Part shown: positions 1 through 8,145 of the stretch, piece by piece | Position numbering within the stretch: the first letter of the stretch is position 1 | How the letters are laid out: each line of letters starts with the position of its first letter | Origin: Candidatus Thorarchaeota archaeon | GTDB lineage: Archaea; Asgardarchaeota; Thorarchaeia; Thorarchaeales; Thorarchaeaceae | Assembly (NCBI GenBank): GCA_048882045.1 | Contig: JBHLRZ010000002.1 | Span: 32,001 to 96,000, forward strand | Direction of reading: 5' to 3' | Length of the DNA: 64,000 nt | Notes under the pieces: model-generated | The model's database searches: none | What the model saw: only the letters and a program-made list of their open reading frames with translations | What the model was told of the DNA's origin: nothing | Translations under genes and position numbers: made by a program

Positions 1-1028
1 TCCATTACGATTCTCGGACTGAACTCGTACGTTCGTGCAAAGTAACCTTGCTCTTTCCCAAGGATGTCAACATCGATCTTGTTGAGTTGTGCCAGTCTTC
101 TTGCATGAGTTTCGAGATACGGTTCAAGCTCTTCAACAACCAGGACTTGTGCGTGTCGCGAAAGGAAATCCATAATCATCTTTTCAGGAATTGGATGAGT
201 TATTCCAAGCTTCAGTACTTCTGCTTTGACACCTATGGTTGATAATGCTTCAACGACATAATTGTAGGATACACCACTTGTGATTATTCCAAGATCTCCC
301 TTGCCTTCTGTATAGTTCAGTGGACTCTTCTCAGAGAATTCACGTGCAAGTTCTATCTGACCAAGGAGCCAAGGATGTCGTTTCCTTGCAACAGAAGGAA
401 CAGGCACAAACCGAAATGGTTCCTTTTCGAACTCTACCTTGCTTGGACGAGGTAGTATCTTTCCGAATTCTATAGGAGCTCGTGTGTGATTGACTCGAGT
501 TGTAGTACGGAACAAGACTGGAAGTTCAAATTGTTCAGAAAACTTGTAGGCTTCAAGGAGCATTGACTTTGCTTCTATTGGATCAGCTGGTTCCATCATT
601 GGCATGTTTCCCATCAGTGCATAATACCTGCTGTCATTCTCGTTCTGGGAACTCCACATACTGGGATCATCGGCGACTACTATCACCATTCCAGCACGAA
701 CACCGACATAGCTCAGTGAGAAGAATGGGTCTGCAGCAACGTTTAGTCCTGGACCCTTACAGACCATCATTGATCTCACACCAGATACTGCGGCTGCACC
801 CGCTACTTCCAATGCAACCTTTTCGTTCGTACTGAATTCAAAATAGAAGTCTGGAATGTGTGGTGCCATGGAAGTCAGGTTGTTACCAATTTCACTACTC
901 GGCGTTCCAGGATATAGGGCAACAAGCCGTACACCTGCTTCCAACACTCCGCGTGCTATAGCTTCATTGGCAAGAAGAAGTATTTTCTTTCCTGGTTTGT
1001 CCTCAAGAAGTTCCTTGGGTTTGGCCAA
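1..1028 (-). CDS. iorA: Indolepyruvate:ferredoxin oxidoreductase alpha subunit, N-terminal part (runs off window start)
   Basis: Not in ORF track. Manual translation from TTG at 1028: MAKPKELLEDKPGKKILLLANEAIARGVLEAGVRLVALYPGTPSSEIGN, a typical IorA N-terminus; GGAGG upstream. Confidence 0.9.
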   Translation of the reverse strand, partial: MAKPKELLEDKPGKKILLLANEAIARGVLEAGVRLVALYPGTPSSEIGNNLTSMAPHIPDFYFEFSTNEKVALEVAGAAAVSGVRSMMVCKGPGLNVAADPFFSLSYVGVRAGMVIVVADDPSMWSSQNENDSRYYALMGNMPMMEPADPIEAKSMLLEAYKFSEQFELPVLFRTTTRVNHTRAPIEFGKILPRPSKVEFEKEPFRFVPVPSVARKRHPWLLGQIELAREFSEKSPLNYTEGKGDLGIITSGVSYNYVVEALSTIGVKAEVLKLGITHPIPEKMIMDFLSRHAQVLVVEELEPYLETHARRLAQLNKIDVDILGKEQGYFARTYEFSPRIVM

Positions 1029-1113
1029 TCACAGATCCTCCGTTCATGGATATTTCGAGTGAGATTATGAACGATGTATCAGTTTTGTGGTACTGGACAA
1101 GTATCATAACGTT

Positions 1114-1129
1114 TGGAACACGTGTTCTA
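1114..1129. repeat. 16-bp palindrome copy 1 (TGGAACACGTGTTCTA)
   Basis: Perfect core GAACACGTGTTC at 1116-1127; identical 16-mer at 1390-1405. Confidence 0.9.
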
Positions 1130-1149
1130 GTTAGTATTGCGCACATAAG

Positions 1150-1170
1150 ACCCCTTCATTTCCACTGGAA
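1150..1170 (-). promoter_or_regulatory. Origin recognition box (ORB), Orc1/Cdc6 binding site
   Basis: Minus strand TTCCAGTGGAAATGAAGGGGT matches the archaeal ORB (TTCCAnTGGAAA dyad + G-string). Confidence 0.85.
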
Positions 1171-1295
1171 GAGATCTATGGAAAAGTCTACGGCGGGCGT
1201 GTGTGTATGCATTATAAAAATGGAGATAAAGAACGGCTGCATAAACGATTATAAATACTTTTGGATATTTTACCGATTAGACATATTTGAATAGT

Positions 1296-1316
1296 TTCTA
1301 GTGGAAACAAGGGGGT
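1296..1316 (+). promoter_or_regulatory. Origin recognition box (ORB), inverted relative to 1150-1170
   Basis: TTCTAGTGGAAACAAGGGGGT; AT-rich spacer between the two ORBs. Confidence 0.8.
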
Positions 1317-1326
1317 TCAATTGTCA

Positions 1327-1344
1327 TTAGAACACATGTTCTAA
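1327..1344. repeat. Palindrome copy 2 (TTAGAACACATGTTCTAA)
   Basis: 18-bp dyad with central CA instead of CG. Confidence 0.85.
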
Positions 1345-1389
1345 GCCATTTTTGAAGATCCTATTGTGTGTATTACAATTAATAGAATC

Positions 1390-1405
1390 TGGAACACGTG
1401 TTCTA
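1390..1405. repeat. Palindrome copy 3 (TGGAACACGTGTTCTA)
   Basis: Overlaps the stop codon of the 99-aa ORF. Confidence 0.9.
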
Positions 1406-1702
1406 AAAGATTTCTTCAACTACTTCAAAGATCTTGATTTTTAGAATGTCTTCATACATCTCAAAGAGAGCATCAAATACGATTCGATGTTCCACTGGAA
1501 CTAGGATTGCTGAATCAGCAACAGCTTTTGCTCCTGGACACTCATCTAGAAGACCAGGCTTCTTTTTCTTTTTGATACCAGATTTGGTTCTCCATGAATA
1601 CACAAATCCATAGAGCTCCTTTGTAAAAGAAACACGTCGTGCGTTACTACGTCTTGCCTGTCGACAATCATAGAGATACAGATATGCTGTCACTCGAATC
1701 AA
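1403..1702 (-). CDS. Small basic hypothetical protein, probable Cas2/VapD-like ferredoxin fold
   Basis: Pattern YLYLYD..RRVSFTKELYG..KKKKKPGLL..AVADSAILVP..helix..KIFEV suggests a ferredoxin-like fold with a lysine-rich insert; fold is inferred. Confidence 0.6.
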   Translation of the reverse strand: MIRVTAYLYLYDCRQARRSNARRVSFTKELYGFVYSWRTKSGIKKKKKPGLLDECPGAKAVADSAILVPVEHRIVFDALFEMYEDILKIKIFEVVEEIF

Positions 1703-1711
1703 CCAGACAAA

Positions 1712-1725
1712 AGAACACGTGTTCT
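1712..1725. repeat. Palindrome copy 4 (AGAACACGTGTTCT)
   Basis: Perfect 14-bp dyad about 10 bp upstream of the 99-aa ORF start. Confidence 0.9.
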
Positions 1726-1835
1726 GATTTTGAGTGCTAGTAATACATGGCCTGCACGGAAAAGTTAAAGCGTATGTAGCTCGGCCCTCGAGTCTGTCAA
1801 CGAGGACATCCGACAGCAGATCAGGAGGACAATCA

Positions 1836-3128
1836 ATGAACCGGATTGGTCTTAGGAAAGAAGAAAAAGCGTATGAAACCCGAGTTCCATTGGTACCTGA
1901 TCATGTAAAATTACTACATGACAAACACGGTATTGAGTTTGTTCTTGAACCAAGCAATCAACGTGCTTTCAAGGAAGATGAGTACCATGCTGAAGTCCTA
2001 CCCCTAAAAGGAAGCAACACTCCAGTTGTATTGGGTATCAAAGAGATGCCAGCAGATTTCTTTGAAAAGAACGTAGTCTATGTATTCTTCAGTCACACTA
2101 TCAAAGGACAAGACTACAATATGCCTATGCTCAAACGTATCTTGGATGTCGGAGCCACATTGATTGACTATGAAAAAGTAGTTGACGATAAAGGTCGAAG
2201 GCTGATATTCTTTGGAAACTGGGCAGGGATGGCTGGTATTTCTGATACACTCCGCATGCTTGGCGATCGTCTAGAAGTCCTAGGTATAACACCTAATCCA
2301 TTTGCTCAGATGAATCCCACTCTTGAACTAGGTGGAGTCGAACAACTGAAACATGAGTTCGCAGAGCTTGGCAAACGTATCAAAGAACAAGGCCTACCCG
2401 AAAAACTCACTCCTTTTGTGCTTGGTTTCGCTGGTTATGGTAATGTATCAAGAGGAGCTCAGACAATATTTGACATCCTCCCACACAAAACCATCGAACC
2501 AGAAGAAATCGAAAAGGTCACTCAAGAATCACACTTGATCTACAAATGTGTCTTCAAAGAGGAACATATGGTTGAACCCCGAGATTCATCTCAACAGTTT
2601 GATCTCCAAGATTACTACATGAATGGTAAAGCAAAGTACGTCGGTGTATTTCACAAGTACATCCCATACATCACTGTGTTGATGAACTGTATCTACTGGA
2701 CTAGCAAATACCCCCGACTGGTCACAAAGGAGTTTATTCAGAACCATTGGAAACAGAAGTCCCGAAGACTACAGATTGTGGGAGATATTTCCTGTGATGT
2801 AGAAGGTGCTATCGAATTCACCCTAAAATGTACAAAACCAGATAACCCTGCATTCACCTACATTGTTGATGAAGATCGAGCCGAACTGGGTATCAAAGGC
2901 AATGGCCCAGTGGTGATGTCAGTTGATAACCTTCCAGCAGAACTTCCACGTGAATCATCCACATCATTCAGTGAAACACTTCTTGATTTCATACCTGCAC
3001 TTGCAAGAACTGACTTCACTGTTCAATTCTCTGAGCTTGACTTACCTCGGGAGCTCAAAGATGCCATAATCGTTTACAAAGGTAAACTAACTGAGAACTA
3101 TCAGTATCTCACTCAATATATCCAATAG
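1836..3128 (+). CDS. Lysine-ketoglutarate reductase / saccharopine dehydrogenase (lysine-forming), AlaDH/PNT-like fold
   Basis: ETRVPLVP, FFSHTIKGQ.YNM, LIDYE, GYGNVSRGA, DISCD, VDNLPAELP motifs; start placed at ATG 1836 after GGAGG. Confidence 0.88.
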   Translation: MNRIGLRKEEKAYETRVPLVPDHVKLLHDKHGIEFVLEPSNQRAFKEDEYHAEVLPLKGSNTPVVLGIKEMPADFFEKNVVYVFFSHTIKGQDYNMPMLKRILDVGATLIDYEKVVDDKGRRLIFFGNWAGMAGISDTLRMLGDRLEVLGITPNPFAQMNPTLELGGVEQLKHEFAELGKRIKEQGLPEKLTPFVLGFAGYGNVSRGAQTIFDILPHKTIEPEEIEKVTQESHLIYKCVFKEEHMVEPRDSSQQFDLQDYYMNGKAKYVGVFHKYIPYITVLMNCIYWTSKYPRLVTKEFIQNHWKQKSRRLQIVGDISCDVEGAIEFTLKCTKPDNPAFTYIVDEDRAELGIKGNGPVVMSVDNLPAELPRESSTSFSETLLDFIPALARTDFTVQFSELDLPRELKDAIIVYKGKLTENYQYLTQYIQ

Positions 3129-3139
3129 GAGGACAACGA

Positions 3140-4456
3140 ATGAAGAATATATTATGTCTGGGTGCAGGCCTAGTCGCCCGCCCATACATCCAATATCTCT
3201 CAGACAATGGTTTCCATGTCACTGTTGCAAGTCGTACTGTGAGTAAAGCTGAACGTCTGATTGAGGGATGCAAAAATACAGAAGCAGTAGCTTTCAATAT
3301 AGGAGATGATGATGAGCTCCTTGAGGAACTTACCAAAAAATCTGACCTTGTCTGTTCTCTGCTACCCTATACATACCATGTTAAGGCTGCTAAGGTAGCA
3401 ATTAAACACAAGACCCATTTCTGTACAACGTCATACATTTCAGATGAGATGAAAGCACTAGATGACGATGCCAAGAAAGCTGGTATACTTCTTCTGAACG
3501 AGTGCGGAGTCGATCCAGGTATCGATCATATGAGTGCAATGAAGATTATCGATGAGGCTCACAACAACAATGGAAAGATTGTAAGTTTCACTTCATTCAC
3601 AGGTGGTCTTCCAGCACCTGATGCGAACAACAATCCATATGGTTACAAACTTTCATGGAGTCCACGAGGAGTACTACTTGCTGGTCGCAATGATGCACAT
3701 TTTCTCCGTGACGGAAAAGAAGTAATGATTCCTGGCCCTGAACTTTTCCAGAACTATGACCTCATGGAGGTCCCTGGAATAGGCACGTTTGAAGGGTATC
3801 CCAATCGTGACAGCCTTTCCTATATTGATATCTACAATATTCAAGAAACAGAAACAATGCTTCGTGGGACATATAGGAATGTGGGCTGGTGCGACACACT
3901 TGACAAGATAGCCGACTTGGGTCTTTTGAGTATCGAAGAAAGGACTTTCGATGGAATGACATACGGTGATCTCATACGAGAACTGACATCAACCAGCGAA
4001 TCAGATGTGAAATCTGCTGTTGCCAAGTTCTGCGGTTTCGAAATCGAAAATCCTATCATGAAACGTCTAGAATGGCTGGGCTTGTTTGAAGAGAATGAGA
4101 TTCCTTCAGGTATCAACACAATCCTGGATTCTGTCTGTAACCTCTTTGAAGAGAAGCTACAATATGCACCTGGCGAGCGTGACATGATTGTTATGCACCA
4201 CGAATTCTTAATTCAATTTCCAGACAAGAAGCAAAGGGTGACTTCTACTCTCATCGACTATGGCATCCCAAATGGGGACAGCTCAATGTCAAGGACCGTA
4301 GCCTTACCTGTTGCCATAGCAAGTAGAATGATTCTAGATGGAAAAATCACTCTGACTGGAGTTCATAGACCTATCATCCCTGAAATCTACGAACCAATTC
4401 TCAAGGAACTAGAATCACTAGACATCAAGATGGACGAGAAAACATTTGATTTGTAA
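3140..4456 (+). CDS. Saccharopine dehydrogenase (glutamate-forming, Lys9/SDH type)
   Basis: LGAGLVA Rossmann motif, SLLPY, NECGVDPGIDHM, GGLPAP, YKLSWSPRG, YPNRDS, MSRTV. Confidence 0.92.
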   Translation: MKNILCLGAGLVARPYIQYLSDNGFHVTVASRTVSKAERLIEGCKNTEAVAFNIGDDDELLEELTKKSDLVCSLLPYTYHVKAAKVAIKHKTHFCTTSYISDEMKALDDDAKKAGILLLNECGVDPGIDHMSAMKIIDEAHNNNGKIVSFTSFTGGLPAPDANNNPYGYKLSWSPRGVLLAGRNDAHFLRDGKEVMIPGPELFQNYDLMEVPGIGTFEGYPNRDSLSYIDIYNIQETETMLRGTYRNVGWCDTLDKIADLGLLSIEERTFDGMTYGDLIRELTSTSESDVKSAVAKFCGFEIENPIMKRLEWLGLFEENEIPSGINTILDSVCNLFEEKLQYAPGERDMIVMHHEFLIQFPDKKQRVTSTLIDYGIPNGDSSMSRTVALPVAIASRMILDGKITLTGVHRPIIPEIYEPILKELESLDIKMDEKTFDL

Positions 4457-4486
4457 AAGATTGAGGAATGGGGTTTGAACTTGAGT

Positions 4487-5113
4487 TCATTCCCCAACTC
4501 GCATCTGTATTGCAGCTAGAATCTCTTCAGCTCTATCGGTTTCTTTCTGAACTTCTGCAATCTCAGTCCGGAGTCTGTACGTATAACCAGAACGGTTTCC
4601 ATAACGCTCGAGATGTCCCTTTCCATTATTCCACATTCTTGCAAGGTATGTTGAAGCAGTACTCTTTGGTAGGTCTTCATTGAAAGAATCTTGGTAGATT
4701 TCAGTCACGTCCAATGAGGAGAACTTTCCATGCTTGAATGATGCATAGATGATCACCTGCATCTTGTCATAGTTACTCATCGACTCAAATCGAGTGTCAT
4801 CTAATCCGACTTCTGTGACCTCTTCACTAATTGGCTTGAAGATGAATCCAGTGCTTGTTTCCAAAAAAACCTTGAATTTGACAAACATCTCTTCGATGCT
4901 GCCACCTTTGACCTGAAAACTTGATTCTTCTCCCATCGTTTCGTCTGATACAACAATTTTGAAGTCGAACGGTGATTCTGTGAGAGCCAATATTTTCCGG
5001 AATCTGTTGAGGGCTTCATCAGGTTTGACATACTTGCACTGAAAGATCTCACGAAGACCAGGCGCCGAGCTATATGTGAATTCGTATACATAGTTAGTCC
5101 GGTCTTCAGTCAA
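4487..5113 (-). CDS. Hypothetical protein with C-terminal winged-helix DNA-binding domain
   Basis: FSSLDVTEIY..LPKSTASTYLARM..GHLERYGNRSGYTYRL = wHTH pattern. Confidence 0.7.
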   Translation of the reverse strand: MTEDRTNYVYEFTYSSAPGLREIFQCKYVKPDEALNRFRKILALTESPFDFKIVVSDETMGEESSFQVKGGSIEEMFVKFKVFLETSTGFIFKPISEEVTEVGLDDTRFESMSNYDKMQVIIYASFKHGKFSSLDVTEIYQDSFNEDLPKSTASTYLARMWNNGKGHLERYGNRSGYTYRLRTEIAEVQKETDRAEEILAAIQMRVGE

Positions 5114-5139
5114 ACATCATATCTCCTATCTTCTTGATT

Positions 5140-5581
5140 ATTCACAATCCACTACATTCACTTTGCAAATAAGTGTGAGTATGTGAATTGTGTATACCAT
5201 GATAAGAGCTACATAGTGCGTCTATACACATATAGGACTCGTCCACCCCGTTTTTGCTGTGCTGACGTCCTGTGAAGTCCATTTGACTACAAAAAAGGGT
5301 TATGCATCCTTATTTGAACAAATGAACACGATTCTCCTTTTGTTTCACTATTCACTAATTTATGGCCCTTGTGAATGAGTGTGTAAGTATTTCATATGTC
5401 TTCTTACTTGTTTCCAATGGAAACGAAGGGGTGTGTTCATTCACAGGCTTCATCGCACTTATCATCACCCCGTTCCATCCTTAAAGCAATAAGATGCTTG
5501 TTTTTTCTAGAGTATTCACAATATTGGCGCCATTCACAAGAGAAAAGTGTGAACTGATGTAGATATGAACAACCAGTGAAT
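5140..5581. repeat. Array of nine ATTCAC/GTGAAT hexamers
   Basis: Exact copies start at 5140, 5156, 5183, 5350, 5371, 5439, 5514, 5532, 5576, plus near matches. Confidence 0.75.
5411..5432 (+). promoter_or_regulatory. Origin recognition box (ORB)
   Basis: TTTCCAATGGAAACGAAGGGGT, canonical dyad + G-string. Confidence 0.8.
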
Positions 5582-5593
5582 CAGAAAGATACC

Positions 5594-6601
5594 CTATCCG
5601 AGAGGAATCAAGTAGTCTTCGGGACGTTCTCCTAAGATGAGATGCGAGTACTGACTACCAGTTCTATGATCTGTGACCAGCTCCATTCTTCCAAGTGCTT
5701 CAAACTGATCACCTGCAGAAACTTGTTCAGTGAATCGTCCGCGATAGCTTGTAAGTTCTTCAATTCCTATACGTTCATCATCACACTCAACATGGTATTC
5801 ACAGGGTGTGAATATCGAGTCCTGACTACTCAACACTTTTCCAGACACTTTCTGATACTTCATCATTTGATATGACAAATCTCCATAGACAAAGTCTAGA
5901 TCACTTGGAGTCTTTACTAGTCTAATGAAGAAGTGATATTCTCCAACCAGTCCCTGTAGCAACTTCTCTCTCTCAATTTCTAGAAGAACAGGACGTAAAT
6001 CAGTCTGTTGTCCCCATCTGAATGAAACATGTTCTTCAAGCAGTTGTCCTGAATATCTGGTTATTTCCGGAATGTTGTCAATTACTGAGCTGAGTCTAGA
6101 GTAAAACTGTCTGCATGCTTTCAATCCATAGATGACTAGATCGATGTCTGAGCCTTCGCGTGCTATACCCACTAATTGAGACCCTGTGAGTCCGATGTCA
6201 TTCCATTCGATTCCAGTCATTTCAATAAGTTTCTCTGATAATAAAATTGTACTATGTTGAAGAGGTGTCAATTCATCCAAGGTTTGCAGGTGAGTCAGAA
6301 ATTCCACAGGATGGAGAATTGTCGATACTTTTTCTCTTGGTACTGACTGCACAATTCTTCCGTGTGAATCACTGGTCCACAAGTACTCAGGATATCTCTC
6401 TCTGAGATAGATTTCTCGTTCACCAAGATCATACACTTTTTTGAATCCAGTACTTGAATCAGACGAAGGGACATATCGAAGATATGCAATAATTCGGTCT
6501 TTGGGGTGAATCACACCTTTCACTTCAAATACAAGACCTTCTGTTGTTATGACAAAAAATCCTTCAATAGGATCTTCGAGCACTGTAATCAACACAATCA
6601 A
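5594..6601 (-). CDS. Predicted archaeal nucleotidyltransferase (COG1665-like)
   Basis: VKGVIHPKDRIIAYLRY N-terminus; GLTGS..SDIDLVIYG Pol-beta-type motif; SYRGRFTEQ. Confidence 0.8.
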   Translation of the reverse strand: MIVLITVLEDPIEGFFVITTEGLVFEVKGVIHPKDRIIAYLRYVPSSDSSTGFKKVYDLGEREIYLRERYPEYLWTSDSHGRIVQSVPREKVSTILHPVEFLTHLQTLDELTPLQHSTILLSEKLIEMTGIEWNDIGLTGSQLVGIAREGSDIDLVIYGLKACRQFYSRLSSVIDNIPEITRYSGQLLEEHVSFRWGQQTDLRPVLLEIEREKLLQGLVGEYHFFIRLVKTPSDLDFVYGDLSYQMMKYQKVSGKVLSSQDSIFTPCEYHVECDDERIGIEELTSYRGRFTEQVSAGDQFEALGRMELVTDHRTGSQYSHLILGERPEDYLIPLG

Positions 6602-6645
6602 TGTATAGCATGGTATTAAAGCCGCTCGTCCTATGATAAATCATC

Positions 6646-7854
6646 ATGACTGACACACTTGACATCAAGCAAGATTTCCATATTTTTGATCAGTATCCAG
6701 ATTTGGTCTATCTTGATTCTGCAAGTACTACACTTGTTCCAAAACCTGCTGTAGATGCTACAGCAAACTTTCTGAACTCTATAGTAGTGTCTACTCGTCG
6801 AGGAGCACACAACCTTGCAGTAAAAGGTGGAGCAATTGTCGAAGATGTCAGAAAATCCTTGGCCAAATTTCTGACTACCGAAGGACCACAGATATCATTC
6901 CAAAAGTCGATTCCTAGTGCTATTGCATCAATCGTTTATGGCTATGATTGGAAAACAATGAACAAGAACAAAATCATAGTTACCCAAAGCGAAGAGAACT
7001 CTGTTCTTGTTGCACTACTACGAGCTGCTGAAGTACTCGGTCTCACAGTTGAAACAATTCCCATTGACACTGAAGGTATCATGTCTCTCAAAGTGTTGGA
7101 AGCGACAATAGATGATGAAACTGGTCTTGTAGCAGTCGGTCATGTAACACCAGGACTTGGAGTATACAACCCAATCAAGAAGGTAGCAAAAATTGTTCAC
7201 AAGACTGATGCACTTCTACTTACAGATGCAACTCGATCTGTAGGATTCTATGATTCGATTTTATCATTAGGTTCTGACATATTGATTTTCTCAGCCAACA
7301 TAGGCCTAATGGGACCTCCTGGCTTGGCTCTTCAATGGATAGACAAGTCACTAGGAGAGAAAATTCGTCCTGGAATACTTGGGGGTTCTGCAGTTTCTGA
7401 TGTTCAAACAAATTCCTTTGAGCCAGCGTTACAACCTGACAAATTTGAACCAGGTTTCTTGAACATACCTGCAGTAGCTGGACTGGGTGTTTCCTTGGAT
7501 TATCTCACAAACCTGTATTCTATTGGATTCTACACTCATATGAAGGTCCTATCAGAATACATGCAAAAAAGACTGACAGAAGTTCCTGATATCGTTATAT
7601 ATGGCTCACCTAATGAGAAAACGACTATCTTTGGATTTAACTTGAGTCCAGAGGTCGTAAACTGTCATGACATCGCTCTGTTCCTTGACGAATCAAACAT
7701 TGCAGTCCGGAGTGGTCTTATTTGTGCTCATCCATCGGTTCAAGCAGTAGCTAACGAGGGATTAATCCAGGCATCGCTTCATGCTTACAACTCAATTGAA
7801 GACATTGATCGTCTTGTAGACACACTCATAGTGATATCCAATCAGCTTCTATAA
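6646..7854 (+). CDS. SufS/cysteine desulfurase-like class V aminotransferase homolog with degenerate PLP site
   Basis: YLDSASTT, KFEPG..N, IAVRSGLICAHP present; FSGHK replaced by FSANI and EHH by EEN. Confidence 0.8.
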   Translation: MTDTLDIKQDFHIFDQYPDLVYLDSASTTLVPKPAVDATANFLNSIVVSTRRGAHNLAVKGGAIVEDVRKSLAKFLTTEGPQISFQKSIPSAIASIVYGYDWKTMNKNKIIVTQSEENSVLVALLRAAEVLGLTVETIPIDTEGIMSLKVLEATIDDETGLVAVGHVTPGLGVYNPIKKVAKIVHKTDALLLTDATRSVGFYDSILSLGSDILIFSANIGLMGPPGLALQWIDKSLGEKIRPGILGGSAVSDVQTNSFEPALQPDKFEPGFLNIPAVAGLGVSLDYLTNLYSIGFYTHMKVLSEYMQKRLTEVPDIVIYGSPNEKTTIFGFNLSPEVVNCHDIALFLDESNIAVRSGLICAHPSVQAVANEGLIQASLHAYNSIEDIDRLVDTLIVISNQLL

Positions 7855-8145
7855 TGTAAATACAGGTGGATAGAAAACGAAGTACTGAACAATGATAGCA
7901 AGAAGAATACCACTAAAGACCAACCCTTTTCCTCTCTTATCGTTCACTCCAGTGAACCACAGAATGGCTCCTACAAGGACGACAACGAAAGCAGAGATAT
8001 TCCCGATAAAGATTAAGAAATCCCAGATTTCCATGAAGTACCCTGCAATTAGATTGGCAAAATCAGTCAGAGGACTTAGAATTGTATACATCCACATTGG
8101 TTTCACACAATGATTTACCAGTCCTGCTGAATTTAAGGACCTCAA
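7849..8145 (-). CDS. Small two-helix membrane protein, VirB2/TrbC (T4SS pilin)-like; start possibly 8097
   Basis: IGNISAFVVVLVGAILWFTG-VNDKRGKG-LVFSGILLAIIVQYF: two hydrophobic helices with a basic loop. Confidence 0.55.
   Translation of the reverse strand: MRSLNSAGLVNHCVKPMWMYTILSPLTDFANLIAGYFMEIWDFLIFIGNISAFVVVLVGAILWFTGVNDKRGKGLVFSGILLAIIVQYFVFYPPVFTL

Larger units (their letters stand above)
1110..1410. other. Putative chromosomal replication origin (inverted ORB pair + AT-rich spacer)
   Basis: Two ORBs flank an AT-rich stretch (~1210-1295) in a ~370-bp intergenic region. Confidence 0.65.

Noticed and set aside
48-1062. Three short + strand ORFs
   Set aside because: Antisense shadows of iorA on the minus strand.
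1046-1294. 82-aa + strand ORF
   Set aside because: Runs across an ORB, a palindrome and the AT-rich spacer, with no recognisable motif; probably non-coding.
1403-1702. Calling the 99-aa protein Cas2
   Set aside because: Only a fold-level resemblance; no cas1 or array nearby.
1114-1725. Palindromes read as CRISPR repeats or Gram-positive LexA boxes (GAAC-N4-GTTC)
   Set aside because: Irregular spacing, too short and no cas genes. No LexA is visible, the conserved centre and arms exceed the SOS box, and repair genes in the window lack the motif.
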